Assembly: GCF_006345805.1 (NCBI RefSeq) | Contig: NC_043011.1 | Location: 25,308,464 to 25,372,463 of the forward strand | Reading direction: 5' to 3' | DNA: 64,000 nt | Origin: Octopus sinensis | Taxonomy: Eukaryota | Notes under the pieces: generated by a model | Database searches by the model: none | Told to the model about the DNA's origin: nothing | Seen by the model: the letters and a program-made list of their open reading frames with translations, nothing else | Part shown: in pieces, positions 25,970 through 38,616 of the stretch | How positions within the stretch are numbered: position 1 is the first letter of the stretch | How the letters are laid out: each line of letters starts with the position of its first letter | Program-made: the position numbers and the translations under genes

Positions 25970-26278
25970 CAAGTTGTGAAATTTGTGTTTTTGTGATCAC
26001 ACATTTGCTGTAGTCTGCAATTTTGTCATGGATAGAAACACAGAAGCAATGTGAAATATTGTGTTAAACTTGAGAAGTCTGCTGCAGAGACATTGAGCAT
26101 GCTCTGACAAGCTTATGGTGATAATGCAATGGGTTATATACAATGTTTTGAGTGGTATAGATGCTTCAAAAGCAGAAGAATGTCTCTGGAAGGAAATGAG
26201 CAATCTGGAAGACCTGTCACAAGTGTCGCTCTCAGAAATGTGGTATTGTACATGGAGAATTTGTCCCCTAGGACAAAT
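25970..26278 (+). mobile_element. Mariner relic, N-terminal part
   Basis: [22 protein letters not shown]...CFEWY.CFK...SGRPVTS, then GIVH.EFVP.GQ. Confidence 0.8.
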
Positions 26279-26284
26279 TCTCTA

Positions 26285-26291
26285 TGCACAA

Positions 26292-26327
<36 letters not shown>

Positions 26328-26343
26328 TGTATGTATGTATGTA

Positions 26344-26406
<63 letters not shown>

Positions 26407-26425
26407 ATGTGTGTGTGTGTGTGTG

Positions 26426-26461
<36 letters not shown>

Positions 26462-26494
26462 ATGTATGTATGTATGTATGTATGTATGTATATG

Positions 26495-26558
<64 letters not shown>

Positions 26559-26624
26559 TGTATGTATGTATGTATATATATGTATGTATGTATGTATGTA
26601 TATATATGTATGTATGTATGTATG

Positions 26625-26660
<36 letters not shown>

Positions 26661-26698
26661 TGTATGTATGTATGTATGTATGTATGTATGTATGTATA

Positions 26699-26733
<35 letters not shown>

Positions 26734-26781
26734 TATGTATGTATGTATGTATGTATGTATATATATATATGTATGTATGTA

Positions 26782-26844
<63 letters not shown>

Positions 26845-26870
26845 TATATATATGCACACACATACACACA
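26285..26870. repeat. Compound (TATG)n/(TG)n/(TA)n microsatellite
   Basis: Direct inspection. Similar tracts lie at 8940-9245, 11480-12175, 45110-45310, 54100-54210 and 61955-62300. Confidence 0.95.
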
Positions 26871-27039
26871 CACAATGGGCCTCTTTCAGTTTTCTTCACA
26901 GAACTCTGGTCAACCCAGGGCTATAGTAAAAGACACTTGGCCAAGGTGCTGCACTGTAAGACTGAACCCAAAACCACATGGTTGGGAAGCAAGCTTTTTA
27001 ATCACACAGCCAAGCCTGTACCTATCAATGCTTCATAGA

Positions 27040-27523
27040 AGGACCGCCATAGCAGAATTCTCCCCTAGGACAAATCAAGAGTTCTACTGCAACATTTTGA
27101 AGCACTTGGGGGAGGACATTTGGCAAAAGTGACTGGATCTGTGGATTCTTCACAATGACAATGCACCTTGTCACAGAGCTCTTCTCACTCATGAGTTTCT
27201 TACCTGAAACATGGTATCACTTCCACACTCACCCTATTCACCAGATTTAGTACCTGTAGACTTCCGTCTCTTCCCTAAGATGAAAATGCAGCTCAAAGAT
27301 CGCCGTTCTAACACTGTTGTTGAAATCAAGAGTGAATCGCAGAAGGTCCTCGACTCACTTACAGAAAATGACTTCCTGGCCGAAGTCCAAAAGTGGCAGG
27401 AACACTGGGACAGGTATATTGTTCTGCAAGGTGACTATTTCAAAGGAGATAACGTTAAAACTTAGGTAAATAAGTTATTTTTTGCTAAACATAACTAGTC
27501 AGGAACCTTTTAATACTGCTTCG
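27040..27523 (+). mobile_element. Mariner relic, C-terminal part (same element, split by microsatellite + SINE)
   Basis: LHNDNAPCH, HSPYSPDLVPVDFRLFPKMK, QGDYFKGDN motifs. Confidence 0.88.
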
Positions 27524-27636
27524 TGTGTATATATAAATATATATATGTACAGGGTTCAAGGTTATGGTTCACCACAATTTATACACATGTATATATACAT
27601 ATGTTCATATATGTGTGTGTGTGTATATATATATGT

Positions 27637-27693
<57 letters not shown>

Positions 27694-27729
27694 TGTGCGT
27701 GTGTGTGTGTACATATAATATGTATATAT

Positions 27730-27760
<31 letters not shown>

Positions 27761-27770
27761 TAATAATAAT

Positions 27771-29631
27771 CACTGTCACCACTCCTCTTTTGTTTAGCCT
27801 TAATACCTCTCTCAAAACTGCTCAATGACGTGCAGTATGGGTATAAAATGTTTGATAAAAATATAAATCATCTCATCTACATGGATGATTTAAAGCTTTT
27901 TGCAAAAAATGACCAACAACTCAAGGGCTTACTAGCGATAGTCAAACAATTCAGTGACGACATCAGAATGCAATTTGGCTTCGATAAATGTGCAAAAGCT
28001 ACCTTTATCAAAGGAAAAATGACAGAAACATCTAATGTTAACATTGACCAGCAAAATGTCATAAAAGAACTAGACCCAGCGGGGAACTACAAGTACCTAG
28101 GGGTAATTGAAGGGGACGGAATAAGGCATTCAGAGATGAAGGGAAAGGATCAGGAGAGGATCAGGAGAGAATGTTATCGAAGAGTGAGAGCAATACTCAA
28201 GACAGAGCTGAATGCAAGAAACAGGATTGAAGCGATCAATGCATTAGCCATACCGGTCGTGACTTACAGTTTCAATATCGTAAACTGGTCAATTACTGAA
28301 ATATGTCAGCTTGACAGAAAAATACAAAAACTGTTGACAATGCATAGAATGCACCACCCTAAGGCAGATACAGAACAACTTTATCTGCCAAGAAAAGAGG
28401 GAGGCCGTGGTCTTTTACAACTGGCAATAACAATGAAGATTGCTACAATTGGCCAAGACACCTACCTGAAAAAGTCTGAGGACTGGATGTTAAAACTTGT
28501 CTCAAAACATGAAAACAAGAAAGCATCATACTCAGTAACAAAACAGGCAAAGGAATATCTAAGTGAATTCCGAATAGAACAAATTTCGGAATTAGAGATA
28601 GTCATACAAGAAACAAGCACATGAAAACCCGTGCCAAAACTGCGGCCTTAGATATTCTGAATAATAAATGGCAAGAAAAACCTCTCTATGGCAAATACCC
28701 AAAGAGAGCGAACAATGCAGATATTGACAAAGCCCTGACCCATCAATGGCTAATGGCCTCTGGCTTAAAATCTGAAACAGAAGGGTTTATCATAGCAGCT
28801 CAAGATCAATACCTACCAACAAGAAACTACCAGGCCAACATATTAAAGAACGGCAGTAGCCCAACATGTCGTGTATGTCGACAACAAAATGAAACCATTG
28901 ATCATGTTGTCTCCAAGTGCAGTCTTCTAGCGCCTAGAGAGTACCTCAACAGGCATGATAGAGCTACACAATATATTCACTGGGTAATTTGCAAAAACCT
29001 GGATTTGTCCCATGAAAAAAACTGGTGGGAACACAATCAACCTCCAGTGCTTGAAAATGACCACATCTCACTCCTCTAGAACTTCACCATTCAAACTGAC
29101 AGAAAAATAGATGCAAACAGGCCAGACATCATATTGAAAGACTTCAGACAAAGAACATGCCTCCTCATTGATATGACTGTCCCAATCGATATAAACGTAT
29201 CTGTCAAGACCTACCAAAAACTGAGCAAATATAAAGATCTTGAAATAGAAATCAGCAAAATGTGGAACCTGAAGACTAAAACAATACCTGTTGTCATAGG
29301 TGCCCTGGGAATGATAGCGAAAGGGGCTGATTGCTACCTAACTCAGATACCAGGAAACCCCAAAATGGCAGAAATTCAAAAGATAGTGCTCATGGGAACT
29401 GCTCATATCCTATGCAAAATACTCTCTATGTAATCTCAAGGTTTAAAACAAATTTTTTTTTTTTTAAATTTATTTATTAGACATTCACTAGTACAACACC
29501 AAAATAACCCCACCAAATATATGGCACACTAGGCATAACAACAACGTGAACTTCCAACCTGTTGAGTCTTGAGGTCTCTGGGTGAGACTTGGAGCCAACT
29601 TGTACAAACATAAAGCAAAAGTCAAACAAAG
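27771..29631 (+). mobile_element. 5'-truncated R4/Dong-clade non-LTR retrotransposon (RT C-half, CCHC knuckle, restriction-like endonuclease), inactivated by one frameshift and one stop
   Basis: SPLLFCLAL..., YMDDLKL, LYLPRKEGGRGL, LKSETEGFIIAAQDQ, CRVC..ETIDHVVSKC, NRPDII..LIDMTVP..KLSKYKDL. Frameshift near 28620, TAG in place of W at 29077, ~200-nt 3' UTR. Both ends abut (TAA)n. Confidence 0.9.
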
Positions 29632-29640
29632 AATAATAAC

Positions 29641-29693
<53 letters not shown>

Positions 29694-29953
29694 TAAAGAG
29701 TAACAATAAAAGAATGAGACCTCGATATTAGATAAATAGAGGATTATTTATGTATGTTATAATTTAGTAAAAACAGTAAAAGGTTGTTATTATAGTACTC
29801 GGAGTTTCGAATGTTGGAGTGAAGAGCTACAATACATTCTGGTCGGCTATTAATGGTAACAGATGCTATAATGTAAATAATGTAATAAGCCTAGTGTAGA
29901 ACTCAATATACATATGCTTCTGAACAAAGTATTAGTCGAGTACAGAGCAGTAA

Positions 29954-30338
29954 TCTCTCTATATATAAACGGCAGTTTGTCTGTGCGTGTTTCTGTGTGT
30001 CTGTTTGCTTGTACCCTCACCCTGACCACGGCTTTCAACCGATTCTGATGAAACTTGACACACACATAGCCCAATGTCATAATTCAAAACTAACGCAGTG
30101 AAAATTTTGAAAAGTTCCTCCAGTTCTGAAAAAAATCGATAAATTCGACATGGGGTCGAGAATCAGAAACACGAACCACAAACTGTCTAGGGGACGCAAC
30201 TCCACCTTTTTTAAATCTCAAAAAAAAATTTACCATCATTTTTTTCCATTTTTTTGCTATTTTTTGGCTATAACTCTCTAAAAATGCTTTATAGTTATTT
30301 CCCTTACAAACCTGAGCAACGCCGGGCGATACTGCTAG
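29954..30338 (+). mobile_element. Complete short non-autonomous Helitron (385 bp)
   Basis: Inserted between A and T; 5' TCTCTCTATATATAAA; 3' CCTGA-GCAACG-CCGGG...CTAG. Confidence 0.82.
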
Positions 30339-30815
30339 TAATAAAATAAAATGACAAAGGAATAAACGATTATCTTATGAACTGCATTAGCTAACAGCTG
30401 TTTCTGCTATAAGATGCAGTGACATTTTTAAAAATTTAATTCTATAACTTTTTTTTTTTACCTTTCTCATGGCACTAACTTCAAATTATAATGGTGATTA
30501 TATGGATAGTAATTATGATGAAATTTATTCTGGCATTGTTTAGGTAAAGATGGCTTTCATTTTTTTCTTAGATGGACATAGCATACCCAAGACTGCATTA
30601 TTCAATGTGTCTTTTCCCTTTTTATATTCCGACAATGAGAGTATGAATTGAAGGTTTGGCAGCTATTTCTAACAGCCCAGCTGTCATGAAATGGCTTCTT
30701 CTGATGATGATGGTGATGATGATAGTGAATGTGATAAAGATGAATAAATGATGATAATGACAATGACAGTGGTTGTAGTGGTGGTGATGGTGGTGGTGAT
30801 GGTAGTCGTGTTGGT

Positions 30816-31092
30816 CAGTGGCAGACTGGGTCTAAAAATATTGGTTGCCAGGAGACTAAGAGGACCCACCCACAACTACAAGGGGGCCCACCTGCAACTA
30901 CAATGCAGTATTCTTTTCAACTGTCTACAAACACAGCCAGGCTGAAATAATTAATGCATTCTTTCAGGAGTGAATAAAAAATTCTCAAACTTGAGCTCCT
31001 TAGATACTAATATGGGCCTCCATATATGTATTCTAATTGCACAAGGGCCCACTTGCCATCGGGCAAGCTGGTAACTGGCCAGTCCGCCAATG
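30816..31092. mobile_element. hAT-type MITE (277 bp) with perfect 8-bp TSD
   Basis: TIRs CAGTGGCAGACTGG / CCAGTCCGCCAATG; TSD GTGTTGGT at 30808-30815 and 31093-31100. Confidence 0.9.
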
Positions 31093-31099
31093 GTGTTGG

Positions 31100-31453
31100 T
31101 ATTGTTGTTGGTGGCAGTTGTGGCGATGGTGTTGTAGTGAAGGTGATAACGATGATGTTAATCATGATGTTGATGATGATGATGATGGTGGTGGTAGTGG
31201 TAGTGGTGGTGATGGTGGTGGTAGTGATGTTAGTGGCAGTGGAGTGATTGTGATTATGATGGCGGTGGTGGTGATAGTTACAAGGTGGTAGTGATGATGA
31301 TGATAATAATATAGATAGTGGTGGTGGTTGAGGTGATAGTGGTAGTGGTAATGGGGGTGATGGTGGTGGTGGTGGTGGTGATGGTGGCAGTGGTGATGTT
31401 GATGATGATGATAGTGATGGTTGTAGCGGTGGTGGTGGTGGTGGTGGTGGTAG

Positions 31454-31487
<34 letters not shown>

Positions 31488-31560
31488 AATGATGAGGGAG
31501 AAGAGGAAGAGGTTAATGTGGGTGGTGATGATGATGATGATGATGATGATGATATTGGTG
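31100..31560. repeat. (GGT)n/(GAT)n trinucleotide low-complexity tract
   Basis: Direct inspection; complementary-type tracts at 32200-32450 and 51444-51610. Confidence 0.95.
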
Positions 31561-31859
31561 CTTGTTTGCTGAGTTAGTATGGTTGGAGGTGTTGGAGTTC
31601 GTGGCAATGGTGGCCGTAATGGAAGTGAAGTTTGTGTTAGCTGACAAACAAGGGATGTGACAGTGATAATAATATCTAAATCATCTCTGCTACATACTTC
31701 CAAATATTTGCTTATAATACCAGACTGTGTTACCTGAACGTGTCTGTCAGCCACATAAATGGGTTTTTCACAAGGATTCTCGACTTCTCCAAAAATATCT
31801 TCAAACAAATCTACATATTTTTTAAAGTAAAAAATCATCATTACTCTCTTCTGTTATTA

Positions 31860-31895
<36 letters not shown>

Positions 31896-32040
31896 TATTA
31901 TTATTGTAACAACAAAGGTGTGTTAAGTGTTCCATTTGGTCACATCACCAATCTGTTTGATTACCTCTTCAGTACGGCGCTGCCATGAACCACCTCTACC
32001 TGTTTGCACCAAATTAAGGGGGTAAATCTTACAGACACAT

Positions 32041-32108
<68 letters not shown>

Positions 32109-32674
32109 TACATACACACACCTGTAACAAGTTTATTTTCTCCCTACAATTTGTTTTCTCCATTCGTCTTCTCCTCCATCCTCTTTCCTCCTTCACTACC
32201 AGCACCACCACACACCACCACTACCACACATCACAACTGCCACCATCACCACCACTATTACTAGCACCTACACTACTACCACAACCACACCTGCCACCAT
32301 TGCTGCCAGCACTAGCATCAGCAACAGCACCAGCACCACTACCAATACCACCACCACCACCTCTACTGCCACTGTCACTGCTACCACCACTACCACCACC
32401 ACCACCACCTCTACTGCCACTGTCACTGCCACCACCACCACCACCACCACTAAAACACAGTACAGTTATTGCAGTAGTCTAATGTATCATCTATACTGGA
32501 CATCACTTTAACAACACAGTGTATGTAGCTAGAGAAGTCAACACCCTCTTTTAAAGAATTGAGTATTACACCTTCCTTTAAGGAACCCTAAAATTTAAGG
32601 ATCTGTACACCTTCTCAAAGGGATTGTACCTTTAACTACTGGAACACATAACCTCAACTCATTGAGCCCTCAAC

Positions 32675-32722
32675 ATGGCAGAAAAGATGTGGGATAATTT
32701 ACTCCAATGTATATTTTTACAG
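32675..32722 (+). CDS. Cys-rich secreted protein, first coding exon (signal peptide part 1)
   Basis: MAEKMWDNLLQCIFLQ followed by CAG|gtaatt (phase 0). In-frame TGA lies just upstream of the ATG. Joins in frame to 35404 to give a continuous hydrophobic signal peptide. The link to downstream exons is inferred. Confidence 0.6.
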
Positions 32723-33997
32723 GTAATTACTGCAATTATTGTACAGATAACACTGTAACAATTTTTTTTGTTACTCCCTATTTGCTTCTATCAAGAAATC
32801 AAAGGAAATGCTTTTGTGACCTGGACATCAATGCTTTGAAACTGACTTATTTTCTCATTATATTTCAGACAGATATTCAGTGCTGAGTTGCTGAAGCAAA
32901 AATATTGATATAGCAAATATTCTGCTCAATACCACAAATTTGTTTGTAAGTTGCTTGACCGTAAACACTTGAGTATGTCCATTAGTGGCTGACAATATAT
33001 GCTTCTCTTATCATGAGCAGGAGCAGTTGGGGAGCATCATAGTGATGTGTTGAGAGGGATTCTTTTGGATTTGAATAAATATCATAACAAAAGCAAAGTT
33101 TGAAGGAAATATTAGCCATTTTTCATATTTTCTAGAGGTAAGCAAATAGGAAATAAGAGTTGCTACTCAAGGACAAAAATCGTGTTACACATTGTAATTA
33201 TTTCTTAATCTTCTTTAAATTAGTGGCATAGTAAAAGTTTCCAGTGCCTGAGGGTTGGGTTGTAAAATCACTTCTAGTGCTCCCACCAAGACAGGTTTGA
33301 TAGATCCAGAGGAAATGTTGTGTGCCTTTATACCTGAAGCTGGAGTTGCCTGACCTTTTCTCATTTTCTCACTTGTCCTCTGGTTTATATTCATAACAAA
33401 TATATTTTTATCTTTTAATTGTTTTAGTGATTTAACTGTGGCCATACAAGGGCACCACCTTGAAGGGCTTGAGTCATGCAAATTGACCCTAAGCCTATTT
33501 TCATTTTGTTTTTAAAGCCTGGTACTTATTTTATTGAACTTTTTTGTCGAATTGCTAATTTACTGGGGCATAAACACACCAACACTGGTTGTCAAGTGGT
33601 GGTGGTGGGGGACAAACACAGACACAAAGACACACATACATAAAAATATACATATACATACATACATATACATATATATAAATACATATATATATATATA
33701 TATAATGGGCTTTCAGTTTCTATCTGCCAAATCCACTCACTAGACATTAGTTGCCTTGAGGCTATAGTAGACAACACTTGCCCAAGGTGCCACATAGTGG
33801 GGTTGAACCCAGAACCATGTGGTTGGTAAGCAAGCTTCTTACCACACAGTCATGGTTATTTCTATTTTATGTTTTTTTTTATAAAATTTTTTCTGCCTTC
33901 CAGGGTGACCATCACCCTGGGAGGAAACTTTTCCTTAGACCAGAGAATTGAACTGAAAAAGCTTGTAACAGGATCAAGGGCCAGGTGATAGAGTTAA

Positions 33998-34213
33998 CCT
34001 TTTAGAATTTAAACCAGCCACATCCAGCTCAAATATTCTGTTTTATGTTCACACTGACTAGATCTGGCTTCTTACACCTACCTTACAATGTCGTTATAAA
34101 AATAAACAATCACATCATCAAATTATCAAAGTCATGAGATAATGCATGGTTAATCCAAAACAATGTGAATAGATAAGCATTATATTTGAGAGAGTAATCT
34201 GAATGCTAATGGC
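33998..34213 (+). mobile_element. piggyBac-like MITE, same family as 21124
   Basis: TTAA flanks; colinear homology to 21124-21343. Confidence 0.75.
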
Positions 34214-34945
34214 TTAAACTAGGTAACAAAGTAAGTGTTAACAATAGTTATGGACTTATTTGTACAGATATAGTCCATACAATAAGCCTTTGCACAAATT
34301 TCATAATCTACACACTTTTATTGGCAAGGGTTGGGTTTATTTGAGATTTTCATTAAAGGCATTTCCACAAAATTCCACACAACTGGATCAAATCTTGAAA
34401 CTGGAACTACATATTCTGGAGCTAATTCCTTAATTAGCTGATCATATTTGCACTTAAGCTGAAACAACGGAAGAAAAAATGTAGATGAGTGATTTTTAAT
34501 CAGGGTACTGTTATATCTTAGTGATGGCATAAAGCATTTGCTAGATATTTTGTTCCTAATATATGCACTATGCCAGAAGTTGTGTGTGTGTGTGTTGAAT
34601 AAATTGACCCTGATTTTTGACTTGCATTTGTTTTATTGATCCCCGGAAGAAGGACAAAAGGCAAAGTTTATCTTGGCGGGATTTGAATTCTTTAGTTTCT
34701 AGAAAGACTAAAGAATCCTCTCTGTTCCATGTTGTCTCCATTTGTTTAGAACAATGTAATTAAGAGAGCGAGAGTGTGTGAGATAGATACTTAGATAATA
34801 AATAGATAGATAGGTATAGAGAGAGGGAGGAAGAGAGAGAGAGAGAGAGAGAGATGAAAGAGAATAGAAATAGAAAAATGGCACAAATGGTATGATAGGA
34901 GAATAGCAATTGGAGTGAATGAGAATGATGGAAGAAGGAAGGATA

Positions 34946-35015
<70 letters not shown>

Positions 35016-35403
35016 AGAGATAGAGAGAGAGGGAGAGAAATGGAGGCAAAGAAGTCTGTCATAAACCCTAGGGCTCATAAAACTGGACCTTAACCTGGTT
35101 TCCATGGCATGGCATATCATATAAGAGATGAGATTACAACACTTACCCTGAACTGGACAAAAATCGTGTTACAGTGGGTAATTACCAAAACAAAACTAAA
35201 AAAACGCAACTAAAACAACTACCAAAACTGGTACCAAATGTTATTTTCTATATCTGACAAGATAAGGAGAATAAATTAGTTGTATGTCATCAGCCTTAGA
35301 TTGGTAAACAGAATTGGAAAAGATCAGCATTTAATGTTTTTAATCATAATGCCTAATCTTTTTTTTCTTTTATAATTTATGTATGTGTTCCTTTTCTTTA
35401 CAG

Positions 35404-35437
35404 GTTTTGTTACTATTTCCATTAATATCTGCTCAAG
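35404..35437 (+). CDS. Cys-rich secreted protein, 34-nt micro-exon (signal peptide part 2)
   Basis: Strong acceptor (ttccttttctttacag|) and donor (caag|gtaaga). Encodes VLLLFPLISAQ+G, a hydrophobic core with an I-S-A cleavage-like site; phase 0 to 1. Confidence 0.65.
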
Positions 35438-36439
35438 GTAAGAGTCCTGTATACTAATAATTACATATATAAAATACTGAATTCCTTCAATTGAGATTTC
35501 TTTCAATCTTTTTACACAAGTCTTTCCTCTACTCAGTACTTTTGAATGATATTCTGTGTAGACAGAGGCATTGTTGTGTGGTAAGAAGCTTGTAGGTGGT
35601 GGTGCTGGTGGTGAAAGAAAGAGTGTTCTTTCGAATAGTGGAGTCCTGTTCAGAAAAACATTACAATTATATCTTTTGGTGCCCCGACTTGCGACTGAGG
35701 GATTGCCTGCAGGCGGCAAGAGAATTGATAGGGGATGATTGAAGAGACTTGGTGTCTCAGTCTGGGTAAGAGGTTATTGCCTCATTTTTGTGTGTTTTTC
35801 GTTGTAGAAAATAAAAAGAAAATTTGTAATGAAAACTAAAGAAAGAGGTTTAATACCTCATTTTGTTTTTTTAAAAAGAATAATGTATTAGAGAAGCAAA
35901 AAATCGGCTGGCGTTTTTTGTCTTCTCCCATCAACATCATTTTTTTCCTCTTTTTTCATCATTCATCTCATTAATGTTTCTGTCCAATCCGCAAGCTACT
36001 CCTTGTAATGCTGTCATGGCAAATTGATGAAATAAAGAAGCTTGCTTCCCAGCCACATGGTTACAAGTTCAGTCCTCCTGCATGGCACCTTTGGCAAGTG
36101 TCTTCTGCTGTAGCCTTTGGCCAACCAAAGTCTTGTGAGTGGATTTGGCGAAGAAAGAAACCTGTCATATATGTGTGTGTATGTGTGTGCGTGCATGTGT
36201 GTGTGTGTTTGTCCCCCTACCACTGCCTCCAATCTAGCGCAGTGGATTAACACAGCTCTTAGAGGGTTGGATGAGCAAGATGTTATATAATGTCTGTTCT
36301 AGCTCTTTCTTGTTTTCATGCTCAAATTCTGTCTTGGCCTGCTTACTTAACTGGTTAACATAATCCATCAATTGGTTTGACACAACTGCCTGATACCTGG
36401 GTTGCTTTTAATGGAGCACATTTTGCTTTTTGCATTCAG

Positions 36440-36494
36440 GTCACACTTCTAGTGTGAGAATACCTTTGTTTCTTCCACCATTCAGGGATGACTT
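36440..36494 (+). CDS. Candidate linker exon of the Cys-rich gene (phase 1 to 2)
   Basis: Good acceptor (ttttgctttttgcattcag|). Reads GHTSSVRIPLFLPPFRDD(F) and bridges the phase-1 signal exon to the phase-2 acceptor at 43587. The IP..P motif resembles the A2/A3 linkers, but the donor (tt|gtagag) is weak. Confidence 0.3.
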
Positions 36495-37009
36495 GTAGAG
36501 GATCATGGGTACTGTCTTTTCACCTGAAAAATGGAAAAAAAAATTATGTGGGCATGGCTGTGTGGTTAAGAAGTTCACTTTGCAACCATATCATTTTGGG
36601 TTCAGTCCTACTGCATGGCACATTGGGCAAGTGTATTCCACTATCGCCCCCAGCCAGTAAAAGCCTTTTGAGTGGATTTGAGTGACAGAATCTGTTTGGA
36701 AGCCTGTTGTACACACACACACACACACACACATGTATATGTGTGTGTGTGCTTGCATGTGCCCCACTCCCACAGCTTGGCAACTGGTGTCGGTTTGTTT
36801 ATGTCCCCGTAACTTAGCAGTTTCAGAAAAGAGACCAAGGAATAAATATCAGACTTACAAAAAAAAAAAAAAATATTGGTTTTGATTTGTATGACTAAAC
36901 CCTTCAGGATGATCCCCCCCCCTTCATAGCTGCAGTCCAAAGACAAACAAATAAAAGGTAAAAAAATGAAAGATGTATACTGTATGCCCTGAAACTATTA
37001 TGAAGGGTT

Positions 37010-37277
37010 GAGTTCGATTCCCAGCGACGCGTTGTGTCCCTGAGCAAGACACTTTATTTCACGTTGCTCCAGTCCACTCAGCTGGCAAAAATGAGTTGTA
37101 CTTGTATTTCAAAGGGTCAGCCTTGTCACTCTCTGTGTCACGCTGATTTTCCCCGAGAACTACGTTAAGGGTACACGTGTCTGTGGAATGCTCAGCCATT
37201 TGCACGTTAATTTCACGAGCAAGCTGTTCCGTTGATCGTATCAGCTGGGACCCTCGTCGTCGTAACCGGCGGAGTCT
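37010..37277 (+). mobile_element. 5'-truncated SINE with 12-bp target-site duplication
   Basis: TTATGAAGGGTT at 36998-37009 and 37278-37289; inverted homologue at ~49560-49760. Confidence 0.85.
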
Positions 37278-38345
37278 TTATGAAGGGTTATATTTGGCAC
37301 AAGTGTCACTGGTTGCCTATACCTGCTTTTGGTGACAGGTCTACTCAGTCAGGGTCGACCCTTTTTATATTTTTAGGCGACTAAGCAACAACAATTAAGA
37401 AAGCAGATTCACATAGAAATTGAGCATTTTTGGTGACCCACTCCTCAATCCTATCTTTCTATCCTCCCATAAGCTACTGAATTTTTTTTTGTCAGTTCTA
37501 GTTGATTTTCTTACTGAAGTTCATTTTATCAATTTGTGTCATTCCTAATTAATTTTCTTAACAAGAGTTCATTTTATCAAAGATCTAAACTTATTATTAA
37601 TGAGCTTGTTCTGTAAATTTTATGATATCCCTTGTTCTGTTACACTTCTCACCCTCCTGCACATACCGCTGTTGGTATCTGAGTCAGCTGATTGTTACAC
37701 AGCATGCACACACACACACACACACAAATAAATAATATAAAATAAATAAGAGAAGAAATATAAACTAAATAATGGAGAAAGAGAAATCAGAAGTTAAGCA
37801 CTGATCAAAAAAAAAAAAGAAAAGTTTAAAAAAACCAGAACTTAGGATACTAGTATATTAAGTTTTTGTTTGTATATATATTATCGGTGGATTCTCTGTT
37901 GAAATAGTTTGTCTTTTACAAAACAACAACATTATCCATTTTCTATTTTTCTGTTTTTTTTATTAGTATTTTCTTACAATGTTTATCTGTGCGTTGTGAA
38001 ATAAGTTGTTGACAAGTTTATAGACTGTGTCATCTTTACTGTACTTGACACCTTTAAGTGAATAACATACCACATGTCTGAACCAGCTCGTCTTTGGTGA
38101 CCTTTATAAGCAAATAACACCTCACTCACTTTGTTGCATAAGGATTGAATTGGTGCTGGATTTTATTTTCATTTTGCACTTATAGGCACAGGAGTGGCTG
38201 TGTGGTAAGAAGCTTGCTTCCCAACCTCATGGTTCTGGGTTCAGTCCCACTATGTGACACCTTGGTCAAATGTCTTCTACTGTAGCCTCAGGCCAACCAA
38301 AGCTTTGTGAGTCAATTTGGTAAACGGAAACTGAAAAAAACCTGT

Positions 38346-38388
<43 letters not shown>

Positions 38389-38479
38389 TTTTCTTCTTCT
38401 CTAGTTTCAGCTCAGAGCTGCGGCCATGCTGATGCACCGGCGTTTAAGAAAATATGTATGAAAAATAAAGTAGCTAAAC

Positions 38480-38551
38480 TGCCGTGACCAGGATTCGAAC
38501 CTGGGTTACCATGGCCACAACGTGGGGTCCTAACTACTAGACGATCACGGC
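38480..38551 (-). tRNA. tRNA-His (GTG), variant or possible pseudogene
   Basis: Minus strand GCCGTGATCGTCTAGTAGTTAGGACCCCACGTTGTGGCCATGGTAACCCAGGTTCGAATCCTGGTCACGGCA: a 72-nt cloverleaf with GTG anticodon and GTTCGAATC B-box, with a T-run ~15 nt downstream. Deviates in the D-loop (AG for GG) and has a C-A mismatch in the anticodon stem. Confidence 0.88.
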
Positions 38552-38561
38552 TGACAGATCG

Positions 38562-38616
<55 letters not shown>

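Noticed and set aside
26115-27038. Long ORFs of 184-307 aa (and similar ones at 8905-9334, 11467-12168, 61939-62326)
   Set aside because: Translations are YV/CM/HT/YI dipeptide runs from stop-free microsatellites; not genes.
31026-32482. Poly-Val/Met/Pro/Thr ORFs suggesting extensin- or mucin-like exons
   Set aside because: Pure (GGT/GAT/ACC)n tracts without splice signals or consistent frame.
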